A stretch of DNA of 63,810 nucleotides, the filler included, from Reclinomonas americana ATCC 50394 (lineage: Eukaryota), in assembly GCA_048213135.1 (NCBI GenBank). It is 12 parts of 7 records of this genome, joined end to end, with 100 filler letters (N's around TTAATTAATTAA, not from the genome) between each part and the next. Parts side by side here need not be neighbours in the genome. Positions count along the whole stretch, not along the records: positions 29,458 to 38,388 come from PS015892.1; positions 38,489 to 46,083 come from PS015893.1; positions 46,184 to 49,741 come from PS015893.1; positions 49,842 to 56,779 come from PS015894.1; 8 more parts are not named here. The stretch is one strand, 5' to 3'. Below, piece after piece: positions 31,869 to 51,629 of this stretch (within the stretch, counting starts at the first letter, position 1; each line of letters starts with the position of its first letter). The translations under genes were made by a program, and so were the position numbers. Below the pieces are notes generated by a model that was not told where the DNA came from, made no database searches, and saw nothing but the letters and a program-made list of their open reading frames with translations.

Positions 31869-33064
31869 TCATAACTCCATATCTTCGCCGCTGGCAAACC
31901 ACCGCCGCCACCCAGTCTTGGCCGGTGGCGCCAACGGATAGCGCAGGGCGAGGGCCACAGCCGACAGCGACCATAACATCCACACCGAGGACCACACCCA
32001 GTGCGGCACCAGCCCACCAAACAAATCGGCCACCGCGTGCGCATCCGACATGACAGACTGCAGCCGAAGTCAGGCAGGCGGGTGAGTGAGTGCGAACGGT
32101 CGGACGGCAGGGGAAAGATGGAGTGCGCGCCAACGCGCACCGGACGTCCGGCCACTTGCGCAAACGACGAATACAACACGCGCACCGACATGACCGCATT
32201 CAACGAGCACACAGCCGCCACAAAAGTGTAGGCGTAGGGTGCGTAAGCAGCCACTCGTTGCGCCATGCCCAGGTACAGCATGATAAAGGCGGTGCAGAGA
32301 ATCGCGAATGCGCCAAACCAATTGCGCACCCTTTATCCCATGATCAGCAGCAGCAGTGAGCGCAACGCGAAGAGCATGTATGCGTGCTGACTCACCAAAA
32401 CACCACCGAGGCCATCATGAGGCCGCCGATGATGGTCAGTCCAATGTTGGCGGTGCCGGGTCGCAATCGCAGCGCCAACAGCAGTGCACCCTGTGCATTT
32501 TGTTTGCATATATGAGCTCGAGTTTTGTGGCCTCCACTGGTGACACGCAACGATAAAGGCTGTGCCGGGGTAGCCGGCCGAGGAGACCAGAAAGGCCGAC
32601 CACCACGTGTCGGGACGCACCGTGTACGCCAGGCCACTCCCATCGGAGAAGATCTCCAACTGCAAAACGTGGCCTGCATCCCACGACAGTTGTCAGCAGC
32701 TGCAGCAGAAGAGGAAGCGTGCGCGTGGTCGCGCACTGCTGTACCTCCACACAGGATCGCCGCCACTCCATGCGCACACTCGTGCACCCATGTCGATAAG
32801 AGCGTCAGCTGTTGTTGTGTGTGTCAAATGAAGCGACGATTCCTTGTCTCACACACACGCACGCGCGCGCGCGCACAGAGAGTGAAGGAGGGAAGGAGAG
32901 AGAGCGCGCGCAACTGGCCACAAGATCCACCGTCCCCACGACCAGTTCTGCAGGAGCACCAACACCGCCAGCGCGGTGAGCAAGCGACGTTCGCGGCGCA
33001 TCACTTGCTGCCATGTGAGCTTGGTGCTTGTGGTGTATAGCTGGTTCACGGCGTCGCCCGCCAT
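31869..33064 (-). CDS. Peptidase M50B-like membrane metalloprotease
   Basis: Spliced ILWP-LTLLSTWVHECAHG (HExxH), DGSGLA, SSAGYPG, several hydrophobic helices, SDA motif. Confidence 0.88.
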
Positions 33065-33249
33065 TGCGAAGGATGAGGTGGAGGGGGCGGCGGGAGAGGA
33101 GACTGGAGGATGGAGGAAGAGAGTTGTCAGAGAGAGAGAGAGAGAGAGGAAGAGGGATGTTCTTTGTTATACGTAACGAGGTGTGCGCGTCGTGTGTAGT
33201 GCCTGTCCCATCGCAGAGAAGAAGAAGAGGAAAGAGAGTTCGTTGTTCG

Positions 33250-36200
33250 CCTTTTCTCGCACTTGGCGTGAAAGAAAGATTACCGTAGAGCAAGGCCGTT
33301 TCTTACTCACTCGGAGAACGGTGGGGCGCTGCGAGCGTAGCTTGTTCTCCGAGAGTCACTCCTGCGCCTGTCTTGTGCGTGATTGCACAGAAGACACGGG
33401 AGAAGTGTCCGCTGATGGACTTCCCCTTCTTAAACAGCGAGGATCTGTTCACTCCCTACGTTGTGTGCACACACTATGCACTGAGATGACACAGTGCTGT
33501 GTATCACAAGATGACATGCTGTGTGTGTGTGCTGAAAGGAATCTCTCTCTTTCTCTCTCTCTCACACACGAAGCGATCACACCCCATTGCCGCCGGTGGC
33601 ATCACTCTGGTGGCCTGCAAGCGAATTGCTTCCCTTGACGATGGGGCAACAATGTCGCCGAGAAGAGCTCGTCTGCTGGCATCGCGTGAGTTTTGCGAGC
33701 GACTCTATCTCCACCACCACCCCAAAACCTCGGAGGGAGATGCCGCTCGTCAAGTGGACCAGCTGTACCCGGCCGGGTTGAGCTGGTGGTGCACTCCAGC
33801 TGAGGCGATGACGAAAGACGAAACCATGCGGGAGGTGGCCATGGTCATTGACATTGGACGCAAAAAGCCGTCCGTGAGTCTCATGATTTGCTGGTGAGCG
33901 TGTGTGATGATCTCACACTCCATCGCAGCAACGAATTGAAGGACGCCATGCTGTCCACGTGCCAACGCCAGATCCGTGGTCGCCAAAGCGGCAACGAGAG
34001 TGGCGAGAAAACGTGTGGGCGGCGATTGGCGATGCCGAGCCAGGCAGTGTCGTCGCAATTCAGAGTCTGTCAGGAATTGTCGATGTTGGTGCGTTTGCCT
34101 TCATGTATGAGGCGCTTGATCGCACAGTGCTGACCTTCTCCACAGGCGACATCATCGTCACGTACTTGCACTACAGGCTGGGCGTTGATGCCGAGGAGGC
34201 ACTGGTCACGTACAGAAATCCAGACGGCTCGGCACGGTTTGATTGCGACGGTATCATGTATCGACGACTTCGCCGCGAGTTTCGTTTGCCTCGTACTGCC
34301 TCTCAGCCGTCCACTGAGCTCGGGGGCACGGAAGATGTGGCTGGCGACATTGTCAGGGCGTCCAAGGTTTGCTTCGAACGCTCTTGTCAGCGATTGCTTG
34401 GCTGACCCCGTCGCCAACAAAACAGATTGAAGGCGCTGTACGTAGAATCTTTGGCAACGAGAGCATTCGCTTTGCTGAGCGGTGCGAGCAAGCCATCGCC
34501 AGATACGAAGAACTGGCGGAAGGGAGACAGCCGTATCTGCACTTCTTCCTTCGACGAGTGATTCGCGAACTGATCGGCAGTGTGTGGGACGAGGGCGAGA
34601 TGGACGAGCTGCTGTACGCCCGGGAAACGTGCGCCAAGCTGCCTGCTGGAGACAGGCAGCGTGCACTGTTCGAAACAACCATTGCCTTGCTGCTCGAAGA
34701 TGCCTGCGGAGGTGGAGTCGCTGGCCACGGACAAGCGTGCGAGTCCATCGGCAGTTTGTGATGGCACGAGCTCGCCAACGGCTTTGGACTCTTCTGGCGG
34801 ATCGTCCAGCTCGGCTGCACTGTCAAAAGGCAATTCTGCAACAGTGACTGTTGGTGAGAGAGAGGATGTGCCTGCGAATCCTGTGCATTCTGCTCCTCCG
34901 AGTCCTCCAGAGCCGTAGCCTGCGTCATATTATTCAACTCGAGTCGTCGGATTGATGTGTGATGGCGCCGGCGGCCGCGGTCGATTGTCGTAGCTCCGAC
35001 AAGAGAAGCACGCAATGTAAGTGATGAGAGGAGTGAGGATAGTCTGGGTGTAGTGCACATGAGAGACGGTTTGTGACCTGCAGAGAGGCGACAAGAGACA
35101 GTGAGGATCCGGAAAGATCAGCACCACAGTCATGACTCGGAAAAATCGAGACAGTGCTCTCCTTGTCGTCGGTCTCGTCGATTTTCTTGCTCTTGTTCGC
35201 TTCTTTCGTGACATTGGGTGTGTGCTACGTGCAATGCCTGTCCCACCACAGAGAGAATGAGTTCGTTGATCACGCAACACCTTTTCTCGCACTTGGCGTG
35301 AAAGAAAATGACTGTAAAGTAAGTAGGCCGTTTCTTCCCCACTCAGTGAACGGTGGGCCGAAGTGACGCGCTCAGTTTGCTCTCCAAGAATCACTTCTGC
35401 ACCCAACAGGTGTGTGATTGCACAGAAGACACGGGAGAAGTATCTGCTGACACGAAACGCGCAGTGTTTGCATACAGTGTGAAAACATTGCATGGACGTC
35501 ATCAGTAGTGAGAAAATCTTCACTCCCTATGTTGCGTGCACATACACGACGCACTGAGATGCCACAATGCTGCCTGTGCTACATGGTGACACCGTGTGTG
35601 CTGAACGGAATCTCTCTCTCTCTCTCTCTCACACGCAGCGATCTCGCCCCATTGTCGCTGGCGGCATCACTCTCGTAGCCTGCAAGCGCATTGCTTCCCC
35701 TGACGATGAGGCAACAATGTCGCCGAGAAGAGCACGTCTGCTGGCGTCGCGCGAGTTCTGCGAGCGCCTCTATTTACATCGCAACCCCACAGCCTCGGAG
35801 GGAGATGCCGCTCGTCAAGTGGATCAGCTGTACCCAGCCGGGTTGAACTGGTGGTGCACTCCAGCTGAGGCGATGACGGAAGACGAAACCATGCGGGAGA
35901 TGGCGCTTGTCATTGACATTGGACGGAAAAAACCAGCTGTGAGTCTCGTGGACAGTCTCCAGTGAGCTCGTGCGGTGATCTCACACTCCATCGCAGAAGT
36001 GCATCGAAGGACGTCAAGTTGTCCACGTGCCAGCACCGTATCCATGGTCACCACTGCGACATCAAGCGTGGCGAGAGAAGGCATGGACGGCGATTGGCGA
36101 TGCAGAGCCAGGCAGTGTCGTAGCGATCGAGAGTCCATCTGGTCTCGACGATGTCGGTGTGTGTCCTCGTCATGGGCCGGCCGCAGTCGATCGCAGTGCT

Positions 36201-36790
36201 GACCTTCTCCACAGGCGAGATCATCGTCACGTTCTTGCATTACAGGCTGGGCGTTGATGCTGAGGAGGCATTGGCTAGCTATCAGAACCCAGACGGCTCG
36301 GAGCGGTTTGCCATCGGCAGCGACTTGTGGGAGCACCTTCGCGACGAGTTCTGCTTGCCGTGCGTTGCCTCTCAGCCATCCACCGACTTCGGCTCACACG
36401 GAGACATTTCGTTTGCCGGCGAGAACAGCGCGATTTTACGTGCGGGCCATGGTTTGCATTGCAATTGATGCCATCGGAGACATTTGCTGTGGCTGACTGT
36501 GGTGGAGTGACAACAGATTGAGGACGCAGTGCGGCCCATCTTTGGCAACGAGGGCATTCGCTTTGCTGAGCGGTGCGAGCGAGCCATTGCCAGATACGAA
36601 GAGCTGGCCGCAGGCAGACAGCCGTATCTGCACTTCTTCCTGCGACGAGTGATTCGCGAACTGATCGGCACTGTGTGGGACGAACACAACGCCGACGAGC
36701 TGCTGTTTGCCAGGGAGACATGTGCCAGGCTGCCTGCTGGAGACAGGCAGCGTGCACTCTTCGAAACAACCATTGCCTTGCTGCTCGAAG
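33250..36790 (+). repeat. Tandem segmental duplication, ~2.03-2.1 kb period (about 33250-34700 and 35280-36790)
   Basis: Anchor cttttctcgcacttggcgtgaaagaaa at 33251 and 35281; colinear similarity through gaaacaaccattgccttgctgctcgaaga. Confidence 0.95.
33652..34761 (+). CDS. Hypothetical protein, copy A of tandem pair (about 4 exons)
   Basis: MSPRRARLLASREFCERLYL..; exons more conserved than introns relative to copy B. Confidence 0.65.
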
Positions 36791-36807
36791 ACCAACATGC
36801 ATTGTGA
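35717..36807 (+). CDS. Hypothetical protein, copy B of tandem pair
   Basis: Same start, similar intron positions and shared GRQPYLHFFLRRVIRELIG block. Confidence 0.65.
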
Positions 36808-36846
36808 GAATGAATGCAGCACAATGCGACTCACACGATCACCACA

Positions 36847-36885
<39 letters not shown>

Positions 36886-37410
36886 CTACCTACCTTCCTC
36901 TCTCACACACACTAACTAAAACCTTAACCGTTACCGTACCTAACTACACCGACGACGTACGTCGTACTACTACCTTCCTTCTTCTCGTACGTCCTTCCTT
37001 CCTTCCTACCCNNNNNNNNNNNNNNNNNNNNNNNNNNNNNNNNNNNNNNNNNNNNNNNNNNNNNNNNNNNNNNNNNNNNNNNNNNNNNNNNNNNNNNNNN
37101 NNNNNNNNNNNNNNNNNNNNNNNNNNNNNNNNNNNNNNNNNNNNNNNNNNNNNNNNNNNNNNNNNNNNNNNNNNNNNNNNNNNNNNNNNNNNNNNNNNNN
37201 NNNNNNNNNNNNNNNNNNNNNNNNNNNNNNNNNNNNNNNNNNNNNNNNNNNNNNNNNNNNNNNNNNNNNNNNNNNNNNNNNNNNNNNNNNNNNNNNNNNN
37301 NNNNNNNNNNNNNNNNNNNNNNNNNNNNNNNNNNNNNNNNNNNNNNNNNNNNNNNNNNNNNNNNNNNNNNNNNNNNNNNNNNNNNNNNTCAACGCCGTCC
37401 ACTGCTGCAG

Positions 37411-37509
37411 GTCTCAAGTCCGCCAGTCTGCTCGAGAAAGCGCTAAGTCCGCGCTCTCGTAAAGTCCAACGACTCAAGAATCGATTGCGCAAGGGTCAGT
37501 GATTGCATT

Positions 37510-37541
<32 letters not shown>

Positions 37542-38262
37542 CCCCTTCCCAGTCCTTCATTCCTCCTCTTTCTCTCTCATAGTCACTCTCCTTCCCTCCT
37601 TCCCTTCCTCCCTGCCTCCTCTTCGCTTATCCTTTCTCCTTCACTTCCTGTCCCTCCCCCTCCCTCCCTCCTACCCTTCTCCTCTGTCTCACCTTGCCTT
37701 CTCCTCTGTCTCACATCACCTTCTCCTCTGTCTCACATCACCTTCTCCTCCTCCTCCTATCTCGCGTCGCAGATCGCCGCATTCCCTTCAAGATCAAGCA
37801 CGTGTACGAGGCCATGGGAGTGCTTCGCGCAGTTCTCTTTGAGATGGAGGAGCCTGTGTTGACATTTGAGGCGTACGAGCGGTTTATTGAGATTCAAGTG
37901 GAGAGCGATCCGGCGGTGCGTCGCCTCGGCTTCTCCGAGGCTCTCGACAAGCTGCCGACGGAGAACAAGTGCCTCGCGCACTGGCTGCTGTGGTTCTTGC
38001 ACATTCTGAGTGAGAACGCCACCATCAATGGGGCCACGTCGGTCAATTTGGCCCTATCGCTCGCCCCCGTTTTCCTCCGCACCAAGAACAAGGTGTGATG
38101 CGTGCGGGAGTTTTCCAGTTGTTATTCTTCTCCTCCTCCCTCTGCTCACTTGGTTTGTGTGTCCGTGAATGTCAGTTGGCCGCCGATCTGGTACAGAGTC
38201 ATCTCATTCTCAGCGCCGGCATTGTGAAGTCGCTCATTGATGACATTCCGCAGTTCCTGGCG
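37411..38262 (+). CDS. RhoGAP-domain exons, partial
   Basis: GVLRAVLFEMEEPVLTFEAY..LDKLPTENK..LLWFLHIL..N.ATSVNLALSLAPVFLR. Confidence 0.8.
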
Positions 38263-38488
38263 GTTAGTGTTTGGTTCTTCATGTCTCACACACACACTCT
38301 CTCTCTCTCTCTCTCGCACACGCACAGTTCTTCTCCTTCACTTCGCCTTCGTCATTCGCTATCCACTCCTCGCTCGCTCTCTCTCTCTNNNNNNNNNNNN
38401 NNNNNNNNNNNNNNNNNNNNNNNNNNNNNNNNTTAATTAATTAANNNNNNNNNNNNNNNNNNNNNNNNNNNNNNNNNNNNNNNNNNNN

Positions 38489-46066
<7,578 letters not shown>

Positions 46067-46649
46067 GTGTGAAGAAATGGGGANNNNNNNNNNNNNNNNN
46101 NNNNNNNNNNNNNNNNNNNNNNNNNNNTTAATTAATTAANNNNNNNNNNNNNNNNNNNNNNNNNNNNNNNNNNNNNNNNNNNNGGGAGAGGGAGAGGGAG
46201 AGGGAGAGGGAGAGGGGAGAGGGAGGAGGGAGAGGGAGAGGGAGAGGGAGAGAGAGAGGGAGAGGGAGAGGGAGAGGGAGAGGGAGAGGGAGAGGGAGAG
46301 GGAGAGGGAGAGGAGAGGGAGAGGAGAGGAAGAGGAAAGGGATGGGAGGGGGAGAGGTAGAGGGAGAGGAGAAGGAGAAGGAGAAGGAGAGGATTGCAGA
46401 AGAGAAGGAGAAGGAGAGGGAGAGAGAGAGGGGGAGAGAGGGAGAAGGAAGAGGGAGAGGAAGAGGAAGAGAGAGGGTGAGGGGAGAGGGAGAGGGAAAG
46501 GGTGAGAAGGGCGAGTCGAATCGGTGAAGGCAAGGAAGACGAGAAAGGTGCACGCGGGAAGGGAATGGGAAGAGGGAAAGGGAAGGGAAACAAAAGTGAG
46601 GGGGGAAAGACAAAGCAGTGAGAATGAGAAAATTTTGCGACGCTTGACT

Positions 46650-49267
46650 TGAGTATCGACACGTCTCGCAATGGCTGGCGATGAGCCGTTGCTATTCGTG
46701 ACCCTCACAAACCTGAATGTCCGCATTGTGATCAAACACCACGTTGTTCTTCACCAGCTTGAGGACCTTGCGCCCTTCTGTGTCCAAATACAGCTTCGTG
46801 TGCTCCATGCTATGCGAATCGACTCCATAGGCATACTTGAAGTCCACGCCACTGCGACGAGCGACACGCGTCAGCGGCGGTGACAAGTAATCAAGCTCAC
46901 ATCCCTGCACTGCGCAACTCGGCACCCTCCGGCAAAATCACACGCAAAACGTACTTGCGCGCGGCGACCTTGGCCAGCGCCGAGGAGAATGGGTAACGCA
47001 GCACCATCTTGCCGTCGTCGGGACGTTGGAACAGCACATCGTCAATCAGGGTGTTGTGGCCAAACATAATGTGCGTCTTCCAGCCGCCAAAGAGCGGATA
47101 GCGGGGGTACATGTTCAGCTGCGGCCAGGAAAACACAGCCGATCAGACAAGCAATGGAAAGATCTGTTCTTCGCATTGACGACGCAACAATGGCTCCCTT
47201 GTCGTCAAAAGCAACGGCCGAGGACGACACGTTGCCGATCTCGTCGCGGAAGTACAGCCCGTAGGTGTTGAGCGGCATGAATGCCACTGTGCTGCGCATG
47301 GCGTTGGCGCTCCACGTTTCCGGGTTACGAGTGTACTCCAGGCGAGAGAACGGCTGCTTCAGCCTGCACCAAGAGGGTCAGCGTCGTGCACTGCGATGAC
47401 GGTAGCAGCGCGAGGCCGACGCAACTTGGCGCCGACGTGCTTGATGGTGGCACTCTCCTCCACACGAATATTGCCCCAGTGCGAGATCTCAATCTCGCGC
47501 TCGATCAGCGGCGCGACCAGCAGCGGCTCGTTGTTTTCGGTCTGGATGGCCAGCTCGGACTCGGAGAACGGGGCGACGCCTGCGGGGCGACGGAGTGAGA
47601 GGAGGTGATGACAGAGGAAGAGAGACTTTCTCCTGTGTGGACAAAACTGTCGTACGGTCCAAATGTCAGCTTCTTGCCGTCGCGCTTGCTCGGCTCCTTG
47701 GCCGTGAAATGCTCGACGCGAGTGGTCGCCAGGGTGACCTCGGTCTCCTGGCGCACAGTGCGGTACGGCGAGAAGAAGTAGTGGTTGCCGAGGAAGAGCA
47801 CCGTCTGACGCTCGTTCTGCTCCATCTCCGACGGGTACGCATCAAAGCCCTCAATCAGCACAATCGTCACGCCAATGGCGGAGCGCTCGCCCGGGCCCAC
47901 TGGCTCCTTCAGCAGCACGTCGTAGAACTTGCCACTGTGTTGGGTTGGTGGTGAGGGAAGGAGAGGGATAGAGGGAGAAGGGAGGGAGAGAGAGGTGCGC
48001 AACTCCTTGACGACTTCCAACTCGGGCTCCGTCTCGGATTCCACGTGGAGGAAGGCCAGGCGTGAGAGCTCCAGGTCGTCGAATGCCAGCTGAGGGGGGG
48101 AGGGGAGGGAGTGAGGGAACAAAGGGCAAGGGGAGAAATGAGGACGTGGAGGATATAAACAAGAAAATGGCACGAAGTGAGGAAACAGAGGACGACGTGA
48201 ACGAAATGAGAGCACAGCGAGAGAGAAGAGGCGAGTGCTGAGAGGAGGAAGACGCAGCGCGACACCGCAGCATTGCAACAGCATGCGCGATAGAGAAAGT
48301 GGAGCGAAACGAGAGCACAGCGAGAGAGAAGAGACGAGTGCGGAGAGGAGGAAGACACCGTGTGTGAAAATGCGGCACTGAAAGAGAGCAGAAGGCAGAG
48401 CAACAGTGGAAGATGAAACGAAATGAGAGCACAGCGAGAAAGAAGAGGCGAGTGCTGAGAGGAAAAAGACGCAGCGCGACACTGCTGCACTGCAACAGCA
48501 TGCGCGATAGAGAAAGTGGAGCGAAATGAGAGCACAACGAGAGAGAAGAGACGAGTGCTGAGAGTAGGAAGACGCAGCGCGACAATGCTGCACTGCAACA
48601 GCATGCGCGATAGAGAAAGTGGAGCGAAACGAGAGCACAGCGAGAGAGAAGAGGCGCACATGGAAAAGAGGAAGACGCAGTGCGGCAATGCAGCGTTGCA
48701 AATATGGCAGAGGATGAACACGAGCAACGATCGACGTATGACGAGCGATCATCAGGAGGAGGAAGAGCGCATGAAGTGCAGGAAAGCCACGGAACAAAGA
48801 GAGAGAGTAAGGAAGTGTGTGTGCATGTGTGCGTCCAAGTGCGCATGATCGTGCCGGGCAGCGAGAGAGAGCGTGTGAGGCAGAGAGCACGATGCCACCT
48901 GTCACGAAAACCTGCAATTCCTCCGCCACTCATGACACACACTCGGAATCGCCTCACTCACACAGCACACAGACACACACGCACAAACACACAAACACAC
49001 TCAACTCGATACTTGGCCACCGACTCCTTTGCATCCTTGCTGTTGCGGAACCGAATCGAAATCTGGTACCCTACACACACACAAACACACACTCAGCAAC
49101 ACACACTCTCTCCCTCTCTCACACACAGACACACACACGCAACGAGCGAGATTCCTGCTCAGATCCAACTTGCGTTCCACACGCTCATTCACAATCGCAC
49201 TCTCCGCCACACACGCACACACAACAACAAGCAACACACAAACAACAAACACGCCACGTGTCATCAT
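46650..49267 (-). CDS. RPN1: Ribophorin I (OST subunit 1), 3' end missing
   Basis: Signal peptide plus IVNERVERKLDL; FLGNHYFFSPY, FGPYD, REIEISHWGNIRVEE, YFRDEIGNVSSS, PRYPLFGGWKT, ILPEGA, YLDTEGR. Confidence 0.95.
48195..48685. repeat. Imperfect ~110 bp tandem repeats within an RPN1 intron
   Basis: gagagcacagcgagagagaagag.cgagtgctgagag..gaagacgcagcgcgac..caacagcatgcgcgatagagaaagtggagcgaa recurs 4-5 times. Confidence 0.85.
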
Positions 49268-49652
49268 CTCGTCACCACCTGCAAAACACACAAAGAGAGA
49301 GAAGAGAGAGAGAGAGTGAGAGAGAGAGAGCGCAATGTCGACACACAAACACACACGCAGGAAGAATGTGTGTGTATGTGTGTGAGTGTGAGCAAGAGTG
49401 TGTGTAAGACGTGTGTGTGCAAGTGTGCAAGTGTGTGTGCAAGAGTGTGTGAAAGAGTGTGTGAAAGAGTGTGTGAAAGAGTGTGTAAGTGTGTGTGCAA
49501 GTGTGTGTGCAAATGTGCAAGTGCGTGCAAGAGTGTGTGCAAGTGTGTGTGCAAGTGTGCTTGTGTGAGAAAGAGTGTGAAAGAGTGTGCGCAAGTGTGT
49601 GTGCAAGTGCGTGTGCAAGTGTGTGTGCAAGTGTGTGTACAAAGTGTGCAAG

Positions 49653-49738
<86 letters not shown>

Positions 49739-49841
49739 GTCNNNNNNNNNNNNNNNNNNNNNNNNNNNNNNNNNNNNNNNNNNNNTTAATTAATTAANNN
49801 NNNNNNNNNNNNNNNNNNNNNNNNNNNNNNNNNNNNNNNNN

Positions 49842-51585
49842 CCTGGGCGAATACCGGAGTGTTGCTAACGCCGAGGAGCCCGGTGGTGAGCACCATCGGG
49901 CTGGCCGTGACGCAGTCGCGAACTGTCACGACCGCTGCGGCGTTGTTGACGGTGAGCGCACCGACCTTGCTTTGGCCGCAGATGACTTTGGTCCCAGTGC
50001 CCTCAATCACGATCGTGGCGGCGCCTGTGCCTTGCAGGTTGCAGTTCGAGGCTTCCACGTAGCCGCTGCCACTGAGCGTGAGTCCCTGCACGCTGCACGC
50101 CTCGAGGTACGTCGTGCCGCTGCCGCTGACGACGAGTCCGCCGGCGAACGAGCAGCCCAGCAGGCGCACGCTGCCGCTGCTGTTGATGGTCACAAGTCCG
50201 GTCAGGTTCACGATCCCGCCGCGCTCATAGTTGACGCTCGTGATCGTGAGATTCTGCTGGTTGAGGGACGTGTTCGCGGCGTACGTGCCCGGAAACAGCG
50301 CGACCTGGCGACCACTGCTCGACGCGATGGTGGCTGCCTGCGCGAGCGTGGCGACGGCGCTCTGCTCCGAGTACCCATTGTTGCTGTCGTTGCCGGTGAG
50401 CGCCGAGCAGTACACGACGTTGTTGAAGACGTTGTTCAGGTTTCCCATCGTGCCGCTCGGGATTGTGGGAAACGTGGCCAGGCTGAGGTCTCCGCGAAAA
50501 TACTGGCCAGTCGAACCGGTCGTGATCGTCGGCTGCCTGGTGGCGATCGCCGTGTCGAGCTGTCCCTTGGTCACGGCGTCCGCCGAGTCCGTCGCAGCGG
50601 CCAGGCCGCGAATCTGCTGCGTCGTGAATGTGATGGGGCCTGTTAGCGTGCCTCCGGAGAGCGGGAGCACTCCGGCCAGTTGCCCAGCGAGCACGAGATC
50701 GGCAGCTTTGCGAGCGTTTTCTTCAGCAACGATGGCGGCCGCGTTGGCATTGGACGCCGTCGTCAAGGTCGTTACGGCGGCCGAGCGAGTCGCGGCCTCG
50801 GCCGACAGCGCGGTCTGCAGGCTGCCGACTACGGGCGACACTTCGACCGCGTTGTTGAAGCCGGTGAAGACCGGCCCCGAGCTGCCGACGTACGAGAAGT
50901 CTCCGAGAGTCGGAGAGTTCGACGGTACCTTCGCGGTCAGCACCTGATCTGCCGCGATGCGTGCTGTCGTCTCGTCCGCGATCTGACCTGCGAGCGCGTA
51001 CGCGACATTGGACCGCACCTGCGCCTCCTCCTGGATCGCGGTGTTGAGGGCGCTGTCGGCGGCAATTCTGGCGTTTGCCTCAGTCGTCACCGCGGCCGCG
51101 CGTGTCGTCGCTTCGGAGGAGATCGCGCTCTCGCGTGTCGCCGCTTCGGAGGAGATAGCGGTCGTCAGCGTCGTGTCGGCCGACTGCCGGGCAGTGATCT
51201 CCGCGGCCAGGCCGGACTGCAGGGTCGTAATCGCCGATCCCTGGGCCGCAGACGCGGTCTGCAACTGGCCGATGTCGGTGGTGTGCGCCGCGACGTCGAG
51301 TGTGAGGGCCTGCAGCTGGTCGCCGACGTCCTCGCCGTCGAGCTGCAGCGAGCCGAAGACAGAGAGTGTTTTTGGGACTCCCTGCGATCCCACCTGCACA
51401 TCGCCGTTCCAGTCGATTGAGCCGTCAGGTGCTGACAGGCTTCCCGTCACGACTAGGTCGCCCACGATGTTCGTAACCGGAGCATCGATGGAAACGACAC
51501 CGGTCGAGACATCTTCGCTGATCGCCGCGACGCTTCCGCCGCCTCCGCCGGTGCCGGTGTTCGTGTTGCCGCCCCACGTGCTCAT
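49842..51585 (-). CDS. Putative virion fibre/spike: coiled-coil stalk plus right-handed beta-helix; truncated at contig end (>580 aa)
   Basis: About 8 ExxxR(xxAD) repeats, LPLSGGTLTG, DAVTKGQLD, then VYCSALTGNDSNNG..VATLAQA..LFPGTY, typical of a beta-helix N-terminal cap; likely ATG at 51585. Confidence 0.7.
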
Positions 51586-51629
51586 GCGTGCTGTGGCTCG
51601 GAAAAAAGACGCTCTAAAGCGGGCGGCGC

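Noticed and set aside
36150..36200. Apparent frameshift in copy B of the duplicated gene
   Set aside because: Explained by a 40 nt GT-AG intron at the position of a 39 nt in-frame intron in copy A.
36900..37011. Telomere-like taacc/tacc motifs
   Set aside because: Irregular and at a contig end; looks like low-quality read tail.
49330..49741. Cys/Val-rich or His/Thr-rich ORFs, and RE/SL-repeat ORFs elsewhere
   Set aside because: Translations of (GT)n and (GA)n microsatellites.
49268..49842. Viral integration directly upstream of RPN1
   Set aside because: The join is an artificial linker and the fibre ORF is cut at the contig end, so no junction is observed.
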